A stretch of 61,622 nucleotides of DNA, filler included, from Gonapodya sp. JEL0774 (GCA_027604505.1; 18 parts of 18 records of this genome joined end to end with filler, not necessarily neighbours in it); one strand, 5' to 3'; numbered from the whole stretch's first letter, positions 35,207 through 47,949 are shown. A program made the numbers and translations. The notes: a model not told the origin generated them from the sequence alone.

Positions 35207-37678
35207 TCACGCCCTTTCCAACCCCCCGGTCCTCTCCTCTCCCTTCTTCCCCTTCGCCTTCATCATCTCCTCCATAAACCTCCCTTCCCCCACACAAATC
35301 GCCACCACCTTGGCAGCCACACTCACAGCCACCAGATCCTCCTTCTTCCCCATCGCCTCCACCATTTCCCGGGCGTACTTGGCCATCTCCCTCCGGTTCG
35401 CCTCTGAACTCCACACCGCAGCGAGCACCACCGAAAGCGCGATAGACGCACCGGGCGACGCCAGCGCGGTGGGAGTCAACACGCGCGCGAATCCCCCCGT
35501 CGTCCGGAACAAGGTCGCGATGCGAATGTCCTGGTACAGCACGTTGGCCAACCGTCCCGCAGTGTCGTTGGCCTCGGCCATACTCCGATCTGTCGCAGGC
35601 GCCTGGATCTGCCGCTCAAAGTTGCCAATGAGCTCCTCGAACCGCACCGTGATGTTGCGCGGGATCTGGGAAATCTCCCCCGGCGCCGCATCCTCGTCCA
35701 CGAGCTGCTGTTCCAACGCCGTCACCATCTTAGCCGCCGCACGGCGAGTCAGAGGTGGCGGGACCGGCTCGGCCACCGCCGCGAACGTCATCAGCGTCGA
35801 ACCGGGTGATCTCGGAGACGTCGGCGTGGCAGGCGGCGTGACCACCCCCGCCGCCCCCGTCTCGATCCACTCGTTGACCAACTGCTTCACCTTTCTGGCG
35901 TCGGACAAGGCCCCCGCCACATCCCCCGCTTCCCTCCTCGCGTCCGCCCTGGTCATCCACGCCCGCACACACTTCTCGTCCAACAAGATGGCCTTGGTGC
36001 AGCACTCGACGGCCTGCTGGTACTGACCCGCGGCGACAAACTTGACCGCGACGTCGGTGAAGGCGCGCGGGTCGGTGGACACGGGGATGGACAGGCGGTG
36101 GTGCGAAGCCCCGTCTTCCTCCGAGTCCGTGGAGGAGGACATGCCCCGTCCACCGCCGCCGCCGCCTCCGCCACCTCGTTTGCCAGACCCAGGAGTCTGG
36201 TGCATGAGGTTGTGGTGATCTGACCCGGACCCTCCCCCGCCACCCATGGTGCTCTTTCGTCGCGGCTTCATGGCTGCTCCGTAGTCAGGGAACCCTCCAT
36301 CCCCCGAATCGCCCCGCTGTCCCTTGGGCGCCAACAACACCCCTCCCCCGCCGGCCGCCCCATCCGCCGCCGCCGCCGCCGCCGGTGGAGGCATGTTTGA
36401 CCCCCTCCGTCCACGCCGGTTGCTGTTCTCCACCGCAGAGTAATCGGGGAACCCGTCCTCCACGTCGTTGCTGCTGTGCTTGTTGGGCGCCAGGAACACC
36501 GCAGCCGGGTCGGGCGGCGGCGCGGCAGAGTTTTTCCTCCCCCGGGTCTTCACCACCGCGCCGTAGTCGGGAAACCCCGGGTCGGAATCGTCCCGCCGGT
36601 GGCTCTTGGCGTGCAACAAGACCGGGGCGGGCGACTGGGCGCCGGCGCGGTCCGGGCCGTGCGGATGGTGTGGGGTCCACAGAGGGTTCAGCGCGGCGGG
36701 GTCGGGTCGTGGAGCGTGGGAGTCTTGTCTGCGGCGGCTGGACTGGTTCGAGGTGAGGGGTACCGGTGCGTTGGATTTGGAGCGAGTGCGGGACGTTTGG
36801 TTTTGGGCAGAGGAAGGCGCGTTGGGTGGGGTGAGGGACGCAGGGGCGGGTGGTGCTGCGTGGGATTTGGCGCGCTTACGGGTTGCGGGTGTTTGTGTCG
36901 GGGACGTGGAAGGTGTGGGTGGTGCGGGGGGTGGAGTGGCGGTTGATGCCGTCACGGTGGACGTGGCGATGGCGTGGATCGTGGAGTTGCGGCGGCCGCG
37001 CGGTGACGCCACGGCGTTCTCAAGGAGTTGGAGGTGCACAGTGGACGGGCGGCGGGGGCGAGGTCCGACCGGGACTGGGTGGGGTGTGTCGTCGGGGGAC
37101 TCGGGGGCCGCAGTGGGCTCCACCGCGACCGCGGTGGCCGGCTCGGATTTGGATTTGGTCTTGCGGTGGGCGCCCGAGTTGCTGTTTCGACCATTGTGGC
37201 CCGCAAGATTGGGACTGGCGTCGATGCCCGGGCTGTGGCTCTGAGTGGACCGGAGAGTGGGGTCGATTGGAGACTTGAGGTGTTCTCGGATGGCGTCCCC
37301 AAAGCGAGCGACGTCAAGGTGAGTGCATACATCTTTGCGGCGAAAAGTCTTGGATGTGTTCAACTCCGCGTCGGTGTCGGTGTCCTCAAAGGTGACCCCA
37401 CTCGCGGACGTGCGGTGTCCTCTGGAGGCGCGTCGGACCATGTCTTCGGTGGCTTCGTCGTCGGAGGATTGCGGGTATGCTGGAGGAAGTGGTTCGCCGG
37501 CGGGTGGGTCGGGTAATGCTGTAGGAGCGGCGATCACGCTCTCTGGGACGGTTGGGGTGGTGGTCCGGCCTGACCGGGGAGGTGTGGTGGAGGATTCAGC
37601 GGCCGGGGCCATGTGCAGCTGTTTCGGTTTGGGAGGAGAAGACGGAGAGTCCTTTTTGGCGGGCGAAGTGGTTCGAGT
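35207..37678 (-). CDS. TPR + ARM-like protein with long disordered N-terminus (TTC12/UNC-45-like), possibly 5'-partial
   Basis: 801-aa ORF with TPR segments (GQYQQAVECCTKAILLD..AWMTRADA) followed by a helical region containing TLFRTTGGF. Confidence 0.6.
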   Translation of the reverse strand, partial: TRTTSPAKKDSPSSPPKPKQLHMAPAAESSTTPPRSGRTTTPTVPESVIAAPTALPDPPAGEPLPPAYPQSSDDEATEDMVRRASRGHRTSASGVTFEDTDTDAELNTSKTFRRKDVCTHLDVARFGDAIREHLKSPIDPTLRSTQSHSPGIDASPNLAGHNGRNSNSGAHRKTKSKSEPATAVAVEPTAAPESPDDTPHPVPVGPRPRRPSTVHLQLLENAVASPRGRRNSTIHAIATSTVTASTATPPPAPPTPSTSPTQTPATRKRAKSHAAPPAPASLTPPNAPSSAQNQTSRTRSKSNAPVPLTSNQSSRRRQDSHAPRPDPAALNPLWTPHHPHGPDRAGAQSPAPVLLHAKSHRRDDSDPGFPDYGAVVKTRGRKNSAAPPPDPAAVFLAPNKHSSNDVEDGFPDYSAVENSNRRGRRGSNMPPPAAAAAADGAAGGGGVLLAPKGQRGDSGDGGFPDYGAAMKPRRKSTMGGGGGSGSDHHNLMHQTPGSGKRGGGGGGGGGRGMSSSTDSEEDGASHHRLSIPVSTDPRAFTDVAVKFVAAGQYQQAVECCTKAILLDEKCVRAWMTRADARREAGDVAGALSDARKVKQLVNEWIETGAAGVVTPPATPTSPRSPGSTLMTFAAVAEPVPPPLTRRAAAKMVTALEQQLVDEDAAPGEISQIPRNITVRFEELIGNFERQIQAPATDRSMAEANDTAGRLANVLYQDIRIATLFRTTGGFARVLTPTALASPGASIALSVVLAAVWSSEANRREMAKYAREMVEAMGKKEDLVAVSVAAKVVAICVGEGRFMEEMMKAKGKKGEERTGGLERA

Positions 37679-38092
37679 NNNNNNNNNNNNNNNNNNNNNN
37701 NNNNNNNNNNNNNNNNNNNNNNTTAATTAATTAANNNNNNNNNNNNNNNNNNNNNNNNNNNNNNNNNNNNNNNNNNNNTGCCTTTTCCTGCCATCCATTC
37801 ACACCTCCACCGCTCAGCAGTCGGCAGGTCGGCAACTCGGCACTCGACCCCGTCCGCTCACACGCGTCCGCCGGCTCATCACGCGTCGTTGCGTCATTGC
37901 GTTTGTCGTTCGCCCCCCGCCTACCCCACCCTTCCTCCGTTCACAAATATCCCACCACCTGGCTCCACCTCCCCCCCCCCGCCGATCCCCGCCATGCATG
38001 CCAACCCGCACCATGCACCACGCGCCATGGTCCAAGGTAGGAGAAGAGTGCGTTTTGATTTTTCGGTGCCCCGGGGGGGGGGGGGGGGAGAG

Positions 38093-38172
38093 GAGGGAGC
38101 ACATGCTCACGGCGGGGAGGGAGCACATGCTCACGGCGGGGAGGGAGCACATGCTCACGGCGGGGAGGGAGC
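38093..38172. repeat. 24-bp minisatellite (GAGGGAGCACATGCTCACGGCGGG) x ~3.3, next to a poly-G tract
   Basis: Three tandem copies read directly from the sequence. Confidence 0.9.
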
Positions 38173-39262
38173 GCGTGCGCACTTAGCTTCGGGTTCTTCT
38201 CACGGTGATTCTCACACCCCACAAGTCTTGACATCCAACCCACACGGTTTGGTCCTTTCGTTTCTGAGTTTGCTATTGAGCTTGGCAGCCTGTGTACCCC
38301 TGCTCGTCGTGCGATCACACGCCCAGGTGAACCCCATCTTCACCCCCTGCTCTCGGTGAGACACACTCTCGGACGTACAGCAGCACACCATCGAGGTCCC
38401 GCGATCGGCCCCTTCCGGCTTCCACGCAGAAAAATAAAATTCGTTTGCATTTTCACCCTTGTCGCGGTGTCTGCTCGAACTGGCCACTCTATGGTACGGT
38501 CTAGCCGGCATCAGGGTCCCGCGGGCCACAAGCGGGTGGAGCTAGCTGTCAGGTGACGGAGGCGGTTGGAGTGGAGGAGACGGTGGAACAGGTAGGTACC
38601 GGGGGGAGGAAACGACTGCAAAAAGGTACATACGTTGTCCTTATTTTGCAAGAGACTTGGCCTTACGAACGGGGAGTGCAAAGAGAGGGTGAAAGCGTGG
38701 TCTGAACCAGAACCATCACTGTCTGTTGCTCGCTGCTTGCAGCCGCTGGGCCTTCAGACCCACACTCTCCCACATTTCCATCGCCTCCATCTAGTTATCA
38801 CACCGACACCTCCTCTTCCGAGACCACCGTGTCTCAACAAGGCAAAGAGATGAGACTGTGCCGGAACCTTTTCTCTACTATAGGATCCACTCCTGGTCTG
38901 ACTTGGGGCAAAGCCACTCGTACGTACAGCCCACACCTCACTTGCAGTTTCGTGCTTCTGTAGATCTGCAACACCGCCGCGGCATCGTGAGTATGGATGT
39001 ATCGTAGCATAGATTCTGGAACCAAATGAGCCAGATGATCCGACACCTGTCATCTGTGATTCTGTGCGGGGCCTACAATCAAGTTGCATGATAACCACTA
39101 TCTTTGGCGCAAAATGAAACATGGAAAAAAATCAAATCTGTTGATGAGAGGAAGCAGGAAGATGCAGATGGGTGGTCTATGCAGAGGGTAGGCCAGAAGG
39201 CCACAGAGACCACAGCAATGGGATGACCACAGACACCGACAGGAGAGAGAGAGGGAACAAGG

Positions 39263-41103
39263 ATGACACAGGCGCCGGACAAGAAGCAGCAGCGATACGA
39301 CAGACAGCTGAGGTGGGAGACAGACCACAGCACACTCTGCCACTCCTGCCACTGCATCTCCCCCCACCCTCCCACTCCATCGCACTCCATCGCACCCTCG
39401 TTCGAGTCCCGCTGACTCCCCCTTTTCGTTCCCTTTTTTTTGTTTCTGTTTTCTCTCCATTGGTTTTGCATACGTCATCCATGCTCACGTCATCCCCTGT
39501 TCCACATATTCCAACTCCTTCCCTCCATCCATCCCACTAACCACCACCTCCCACCCCACAAATCCCAAGACTCTGGCAAGCGCACGGCCAGCAGGCGCTC
39601 GAATCTTCAAATATCCTGCTCATTAATGCGAATGCAACGGGTGCAGAGATCGTGAAGAACTTGGTCTTGCCCGGTGAGTCGGATCGGTAGGGTCGGGGCT
39701 TCTTGCATGTGGGGGGCACAAGTGGAACACGGGTCACTAGTCACGGGTCACGGGATGTGGGACGTGGGACACTGGACACGGCACATGTAAGAGTGATAGG
39801 GCCCGCCTGGACCTGGGTCTGGGTGCAGACCTGTTGGAGCGTTTGGCGCGGTCGATCCATCGGGGTCCCCATTCGACGTGGATCAATTGGGATCTCGCCG
39901 GGGCGAGTGGTGGATGCGGGGTGGATGCGGGGTGGATGCGTAGACGACGTGGGATGTTGCAGCGTGCACTTCCCCCGACCCACGTGTGCTTCCGACCCCG
40001 TCTTCTCACCGCATTCCACTTACCCCTCCCATTCCCTCTCCCTTCCCCCGCACCCAATAGGCATCTCCTCTCTCACCCTTCTCGACCCCTCCCCCGTCCT
40101 CCCCTCCGATCTTGGCAACAATTTCTTTCTCGAACGGAGCGACTTGGGCCGCAACCGGGCCGTCGCGGTGGCCGAGAGGGTCAGGGAGTTGAACGAGGAG
40201 GTGGGAGGGGAAGGGGTGGCAGAGGTGAGCTCAGTGCGAACGGAGCGAGCACCAAACCCACGGATGGAGCGAGGGCGGGTTGCGGGGGAGGGGGCGACAG
40301 AAGGGGGGAGGGGGTGGCTGGGGTGTGGTGGGGGTAAGGGGCGGGCCGAAGCGAGCCGGAGCCCCGACACACCAGTCCGCCGCTTTGACCGTTCCTCCCA
40401 TCCCCGTTCCCCTTCCCCTCCAACCACCCATCCCCACCCCTCAAGTCCCCCACCCACCTCCTCCACACCACGCCCTCCTTCTTCCACCGCTTCCACCTCG
40501 TCATCCTCTGCAACAACAACTCTCCCTCTTCCTCCCCGTCCCCATCTTCCCCCTCCACCTCCCCAGCACCCGCACCCGCCCCCCTCGCCTCGGGCATTAT
40601 GAGCGACTCGGACGTGGCGAAATTGGAGGACGAGCTGTGGGAGAGGAACGTTCCACTGGTGGTGGTGAAGAGTTATGGGATGGTGGGGTATGCCAGGGTC
40701 AGTAGGAGGGAGCAGAGAGGTGCGTCGGCGCGGTCGTGGGGGGGGGGGGGGGGGTTGGGGGGCGCCGGGGGGGGGGGAAAAGTTGGGTTTTGAGCCCCCC
40801 CGGGGGGGGCGTGGTGGGAGTCGCGAGTGTTGTGAGAGTGCTAAGAAGGGGGTCTGGTGGTGATCCCGAGTCCGGGAGGGTGGCCTTGACCCGATCCTCA
40901 CACCCCATCTCGTTTCGCCCCAACCCACGCACCACGCTCCCCTCACATCCCCCTCCCCCAACCCACCACCCCACCCCCCCTGCACGCCCCCTCCCCAAAG
41001 TCGTCGAACCCCACCCAGCCCCCCCCGTCGACCTCCGCCTCTCCCATCCCTTCCCCTCCCTCCGCGCCCTTTTCGACACGTACGACCTCGCCTCGCTCGA
41101 CTC
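39263..41103 (+). CDS. ULA1: NEDD8-activating enzyme E1 regulatory subunit (NAE1/APPBP1/Ula1), 3'-partial
   Basis: Spliced: [89 protein letters not shown]. Confidence 0.92.
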
Positions 41104-41203
41104 NNNNNNNNNNNNNNNNNNNNNNNNNNNNNNNNNNNNNNNNNNNNTTAATTAATTAANNNNNNNNNNNNNNNNNNNNNNNNNNNNNNNNNNNNNNNNN
41201 NNN

Positions 41204-43290
41204 CCCGAAGAAGAATGGTTTTCCCTATACGAAACAGACCTGGGGCAGCAAGTCGCGGTTGACATCGTCGCCCGGGTCATTGATCGGGCAGCAGAGTTGA
41301 TGTATGAGAAGCAACTCGAATCCCAAATTTTGCCGTTCACAGTTCAGTGGGCGAAGAAAACACTTGAAGATGCGGTTGATGTGAGCTTACATAACTCAGA
41401 ACTATGTGGTTCACCGTGGTTCACGCTCCCTCTGTGATACTAGCTCTACTTTTTCCGGCACGATTCCCCCGAAGTTACGGACGCCGTATGGACTCCAGAC
41501 CCGGGTAAGCGATATGCATTACATCAGATATCCACTTTTGTACATTTTCGATCCGCTCAACCCCCATCCAGAGCCCCGTCCATGCCCAATTGACTCCCAT
41601 GCACCAGCAGCAATCCCCATCAGGAGAGGACCGATACAAGGTCCAGTTATCGGCCTTCCTGAGCGTTTCGCACATCTCGTTACACCGCCTGTCATACCAC
41701 AACAATTCCTCGACAGAATGCGACAGCGAGAACGGGAAGGGCGACCATACATTCCTATGGAGAGTTTTGACTCCATGCTCAAACTGGCGGGTATCAAGAC
41801 GGAAGTGAAACCAAAAAAGAAGAAAGTTCTTGAGTCCACTGGATCTGTGGATAAGTCTGGACTATCGAACGAGCGGGGCGTGAAAGGAGCGCAAAAGCTT
41901 GCTGGAGGGATGGTCTCCGTTACCTCCCCAAAGAGGAAAGTATGTAGTCACCCATCGAGTCCTCTCCGACCAATCAATCTTCTCACAAAAATCCGTTTTC
42001 GCAGAGCGTTGTAAAAAAAGCGCAACCTCCATCTTCCGCACCAAGCCCACCTCCGCCTCCCACGCAAGCAGACATCATTCACGCCGAAAATATTCGAACA
42101 CTATCTCGTATGGCCTATCAGCAGTCTGTATCACCTTCACGTGTGAAGAGTACTGTGGGAGCGGTATCTGGAGGCATCGGGGAGCCGAGGGCGAGTGGCT
42201 CTCGGGCATCTATGAAAGAAACGAAGTCGCCCAGTCCCGATGCTCGCAATGCCGCTCATCGTGCCTCTCACAAACGAACACAATCCCGGCATAGTCAGGA
42301 AGCTGATGGCCGACACATCTCTGACAAGAATCATGAAGACTGGCACACGGACACACCCGATGCTCCAGCCATGGTGCTGCCCCAACGAGCCGAATGGACG
42401 TACGATCATGAAGGGAGAATCTTACCACTGAAAAAAATTGCGAGGAGCAGCATCCTCCCGTGAGTTCCTGGCATCACTGACCTGTTCCAATGTTACTGAG
42501 TCAACCTGTTTGGGTCACGGATAGTGCCCACCCAACCGTCCGCATTCTGGACGACGAGCCAATCGAACCTCCACGTGGCAACAAACCAACTACATCCCGC
42601 TCTTCCCGATCTCCTGCTCGAACACCGCCAGCTGCAGCGGCCAGATCCAATGGTACCAAAATGAAGGAGCAAAACGTGGCCCCCAGTCGCGAAGACAAGA
42701 TGAAAATCAAAGCCCAAAGTAGCGTATCCTCAAACTCAGCCGCCACAACGTCTGGTGAGAAGGGATCGAAGGACGAATCGCCGAAGCGTAAACCATTTAA
42801 GCGCCAGAATACTCCATGGGACCTCGGACTTGGATCCGACGCAGCCCGAGCGAGGGTGCGCGAGGTGTTGGCTGCAGCTAATGCCAGTGCGTCAGAGAGC
42901 GTACACGATGGAGTCGAGATAGTGGGATCTGCACCAGGGAGCGATCGCAAGAGTGTCGTGCTGGTCGATATCGATGGTCGAAAGGTGGGTTTTCGCCAAG
43001 TGTTGTGCGTAATTAGGGAAGGAAGATCAGGTTCATAACTCATCTACATCTGTCTTTCCTCAATAGAGTCCTTCAAGCTCGCCTCTTCGCCCGCCAACAT
43101 CACCAGCAGCCGCTGCACTACTCCACAGCATACTGGCGAACCCCACTGCAATCGTATCGCTGGAACCATTCCCTTCCCGAGGTGGATCTCCAGCAAATCT
43201 AGTTTCAACTTCACCGTTTTCGTCCACATCGGGTCCGGGCGGCCTTCCCCCTATACCATCTGCGCCGAGCCGCCAGTCTACACCTGCTGA
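41204..43290 (+). CDS. C2orf81/DUF4639-like protein with long disordered C-terminus, 5'-partial; end approximate
   Basis: EEEWFSL..VAVDIVARVIDRA..QILPFTVQWAK..YFFRHD..WTPDPEPRPCPIDSHAPAAIPI resembles the conserved C2orf81 N-terminal block (EW..DIL..CIPFT..W..D.EP....DSWA.G.VP). Confidence 0.6.
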
Positions 43291-44628
43291 GTCGCGTTCT
43301 GCAACACCGGGAGAGTTTAGGGACGGAGTGAGATTTCCAGAAGTCCGAGAAGGACAAAACGTGGTTACAGGCGCCTAATCAAATGAGCATCCCCGTGTAT
43401 TAGCGGGTCTTGCGTCGCCACCATTTTGGAGGAAGTAATTTTCTGAGGGTAGAATTACGTTAATACAAGTCTTTGTCGTTTCGTCAGTATTAAGCGCACG
43501 CCACAAATAGAGCGTGGTAACAGCCGGCGATGTTCCGTGCCCACGGTGCCTTCGGTGCTCCACTGTTTCCAACTTTTTCTGTCATCCAACATGGAGAACC
43601 GCGCTATTGGGCAGTGTAGCCTCCATCTACAACTAGCTCAGATCCCTAGATGAAGGAGAGAAAATGATATCAACTCAGTAGCAATGTGAATCGGACTACG
43701 TCATAGTGTATAGCTTACCGTCATAAATGCGCTCTCTTCAGAAGCCAGAAACACAATCGAGTTGGCAATCTAGCGAACAAAAGCATTTTATTCAGATTAA
43801 GAAATTTTCTGTGTTACATTTCCCCAAACTCACATCGTCAGCTTCTCCGAGTCTTCCAATGGGGTGCTTTGCAGTTAAGGCCTGCTCGGCACCGGGTACA
43901 GCCTCCAAAATAGGATTTACCATGGCGGTACGAATGTAGCTAATATCTCGGAGCTATAAATATGGACGCGGAGATCCCTTACATGACCTCACTGCACTCA
44001 CCCTGGATGAACCGAGTTGACCCGAATTTTTCCACCCGGGAACTTGGCTTGAGCACAGTACAACCCCGCGCTCTAAAAAGTAGTGACAAACGTAGCGGTT
44101 AGATACGAAGATGACGACGCTTGAATAGATTTATACCTTCGTAAGCAATCGAACCCCTCCTTTGCTTGCGTTGTAGTGTGCAGTGAACGGTTCGGCGACT
44201 AATCCCTCCTGTTGCGGTCCCGCACGACAATTAGCTCATTAGCTGTCCTTCGTGTAAAATTGAGGTCTGTCTCACAATTGAGGAAAGGTTTATGATGGAC
44301 TTAGTCCTCTGTAATTATCGGAAGCACCCGCACCCAGATGAGCAGGAAACCAGCGAATTTCCGTTTCATAACACCTACCTCCGATTCATTCTTTTTCATC
44401 GACCGGATACCGTGCTTCACACCTCTTTTGAAGATGATTCAGTTTGTACGCTGCTTCATTGCGCACCAACGCCACTCCACGTACAAGAACGTTCCGTCAA
44501 GATTTACCGATATCATCCGCTTCCAATCNNNNNNNNNNNNNNNNNNNNNNNNNNNNNNNNNNNNNNNNNNNNTTAATTAATTAANNNNNNNNNNNNNNNN
44601 NNNNNNNNNNNNNNNNNNNNNNNNNNNN

Positions 44629-45112
44629 CGGAAGATGAACGGATGGAGCTGGCGGTCACAGCTGCGAAGGAAGCGGATACCCTATTATGTGCGTGCCATG
44701 AAAATAGACTTTTTGGCACGTGAAGTTGATACAATGGAATTTTTGACGCCCAAAATCCCACTATCCCCTCACATCAGACAACTTCTCCGGCTCTCTCACC
44801 TATGTGACTGCCCCTGCGCACCTCCTCCGCCATAAAAAGTTCCTCTCCTTGCACCCCAACATCCACACCGCCATCTTCTCCTTACGAAGCGTAGGGCACG
44901 TTGACCACGATGGCGCAGACGCACTGTCTGAGATTGTGGGGTTGTACAAGACGAGCGCCGGGGCGGACGTGTTGTTCGCGGGCGTAAAAGACGGTGTGAA
45001 AGAAAAGTTGGGGAGGTATGCGTGGTGGGGGAAGAAGGAGAGGGCGGGAAAAGTCCTTGAAGATTGGACGGTGAGTGTGGAGAGTGCACTACCTTGCAGT
45101 TGTTTGGTGTGA
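44629..45112 (+). CDS. STAS domain, C-terminus of a SulP/SLC26 anion transporter (5'-partial)
   Basis: HTAIFSLRSVGHVDHDGADALSEIV..VLFAGVKDGV..WTVSVESAL pattern. Confidence 0.6.
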
Positions 45113-45572
45113 CGAGCTACTCACTGGCTCGATCAAATACACGTCATATCCCTCCCCGCACGTAGGTTGCGCTGGAGTGGATCGAAAGGCGGTATCAAAA
45201 CAACATGGGTGTTCGAACAGCCCCTTTGTAGAGAACCTGTGTGATACCAATTATTCGCGAGAGTAAGTGGGGCTCATATCGACCTGTTGCACGGAAGAAA
45301 ATGTTTGGTTCCAGATTCGGACCGATATATTTATTGTGTAAGATCTATATACAAGTAGACTATACGTAATAAAGAGGGCGTGGCCGATGATTGCGCAGCA
45401 CTCAGCGGGTGACTGCACAGAATGTGTAAGTCACAGAAAGCCACCCCCCGAAACACCGTCACATGTGCTAAATACACCCCTGACGACATGAACGTCCAAA
45501 TGACCCCTCCCAAACTCACGACCTTTCAAGACAAATCACGCCAGTCGTCTCGCACCAACACGCCTCGACGCC

Positions 45573-46890
45573 TCAAGCGAGGAAAATCTTGTCTACACCT
45601 CGCACTTTCGCCTTGCATACAAAACATTCTCCGCCCACCACCCCCATCGCGTGTGTCTCACAGGCACAAGCGTGCCCGCACGGTCGGAACACAGAGCTCA
45701 CGGGCGCGTCCCAGCACACCACGCAGCACAGGTTCCGGTGTTCCAGACGGTGCTCGGTTGGGGAGCAACGGGAAGCAGGAAGGTAGAGGGGATGGGAGGG
45801 ATGGTGGAGGGCGTGGGCGTGCCGGTGGGAGAACGTGTCGTAGAGGTCTGAGAGGGGGAGAAGAAGGTCGAGAAGGAGGCTGGCGGTGAGAGGTGGTGGA
45901 TCGGGAGAAGTGCTGAGGGTGGAAGCGGTCGCAGAGGAAGATATTCCGCGGCTTCTTTGCCTTGACGAGGACACCGATGACTTGGAGGATGTTGGATGAC
46001 CAGACTCAGGACTGGCTCGATGACCTCTCATCTTCTCGATCTCGAAGATGACCATTGCCACCCTTTCCTCGGGAAATCCCTGGCCCACCATATCGTGCAT
46101 CAACCCAATGTGATTGGGGAAGCCTTGGGCAACGAGGAACGCGGCACCGGGCGACTGAGATGTTGACGGTGCAGAATATGGAGGGATATGTGGCTTTTGA
46201 GGGACAACAACAGTAAAGCCAGTATCGCACGTTGAGGCCTTAGCTTTGGTAGTGGAGGATGATGCACGTATCGACGGGGCCGACTTCCTCGGGGATCTCG
46301 GAGTGGGGGGGGCTGTTCTGACGCGTTTTGGAGTAGAGGAATGGAGGTCTGGGGTGGTCGCTGGAGGAGACGAATGACTTCCCGCCAGCGGAGATGATGC
46401 GATTTGAAACGGAAGATTTTCAGGAGGCCTGCATATTGTCAGGAGCAGAACGAATATGAGTTCCAAAGGTTTGATTTGAAATCTCAGCGCTAGTCCGCAT
46501 CTCGACGTACGCAGTACTTTTAGAAGGCATTTCAATATTGATTGAGCTGAGGGAATCTTCTCGAGGATGGGATTGGGCGTCTGATGACGGGGGCGGGGGG
46601 GGAATCAAGACCAACATGCGATTCAGTCTTCAACTCAAACTCCTCTCCACAACGAATGACGTCAATACAGCCCTCTGCATTCGACGCTTCGGGATGAAGT
46701 ACGTGCTTGAAACAACTTACATGTCCGCTTGGTCCCTCTCGGTCCTTTCGCGACAGCGTACTCCCGGGCTTGTGGTCTTGCAATTTCTTCCTTAGGCTCC
46801 GGCAAGTTGAGCGTTTTGTAATAATAGAATGCCTTTTGTGGTGCCGAGACTCGAGAGCGAGTGTTCATGGCGGGATCTGACATTTCAGAT
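45573..46890 (-). CDS. C-terminal RING (C3HC4_3-like) E3 ubiquitin ligase; 5' exons approximate
   Basis: CVVCWD...VFRPCGHACACETHA...ECFVCKAKV...KIFL at the C-terminus, preceded by disordered sequence. Confidence 0.8.
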
Positions 46891-47339
46891 GGTGAACACA
46901 CTCGGTTGGCTTCACCCACGAGTGCTCCATCAAAACGTGGCTCATGCACCTTCCGTAATTCTCAAGCTGCCCATCTTCACAGTAAACCAATGCAATGGGC
47001 CTATACTTCACTACTCATTCCACTGTGAGGATCATCGTATGGCTTTGTCAATCAAAAACATCTCTGAAATCCCAAGTTCCGACTAAATCCCGTTGGAACA
47101 GGACTTTGGTTGCCAGTGACCGAATTGGTAAGCGGCCGCTAAGATGTGGTAAAATGAAGTATCCCAAGTGCGTTGTTGTTCTAATTTCACCTTTGTTTAG
47201 GTTGTTCCTTGTAAAGACAACCAAAATATCACACACACTCTCTCAAATAAAACAGTAAAATCGAATCGCGAGCGGAAATATCAGAATATGTTGGGCGCGG
47301 GGGCCACTTCATAATCGACTGACTCATACGTCCGACAGA

Positions 47340-47949
47340 TCATACTTTATCATCTGCCATACCTTCTCCGGCATCCTCGTCCACAAGCTCGCCAAAGCGG
47401 TACTCGTTGGATCCAGTTCCAGCGTTCTCGTCAACATCCTGCACCATAAGTACCACAGAAACACCATCCGCTGCAACGCCCACAATTTCATCATTAGGAC
47501 CGTTGTCCGTCGCTGGAGATCCAGTCTGATCTCTCAACGAGTTCCCGGCTGGATGTTCCGTGCTCGACATCGCACTCGCCAGCGATCCCCGACGGTCATC
47601 GTCCCATCCCACCGCGAACATCTTCCCTTGATCCAACCCTGACACGAAATGCCTCCGTGCCACGGGGCTCGCGAATTCGGTTTCTTTCGGCGACGAACTG
47701 TGCAGGGGGCTGTGAGTTGTGGGATGGAGGGCGCTGCCCCGACGAGATCCCGAAGCAATAGCAGACCAACGTGGAATGTCAGGATTGGACGAGGATGCAC
47801 CGGTCTTGGAGAGACCACCTGACCCGGTTGGAGGGGAAAATAAACGAGTTCGATGCGTTGAGAGAATACTACGGCGGCGATCGCTGGCATTACCAGAGAT
47901 TGCAATACCCAAGTTCCCACCAGAAGCCGCGGCGTTGGAGTCTGGAGAT
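47340..47949 (-). CDS. Disordered C-terminal end of an unidentified protein
   Basis: Open frame from the contig edge to the stop at 47340, with several RRxS motifs. Confidence 0.45.
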
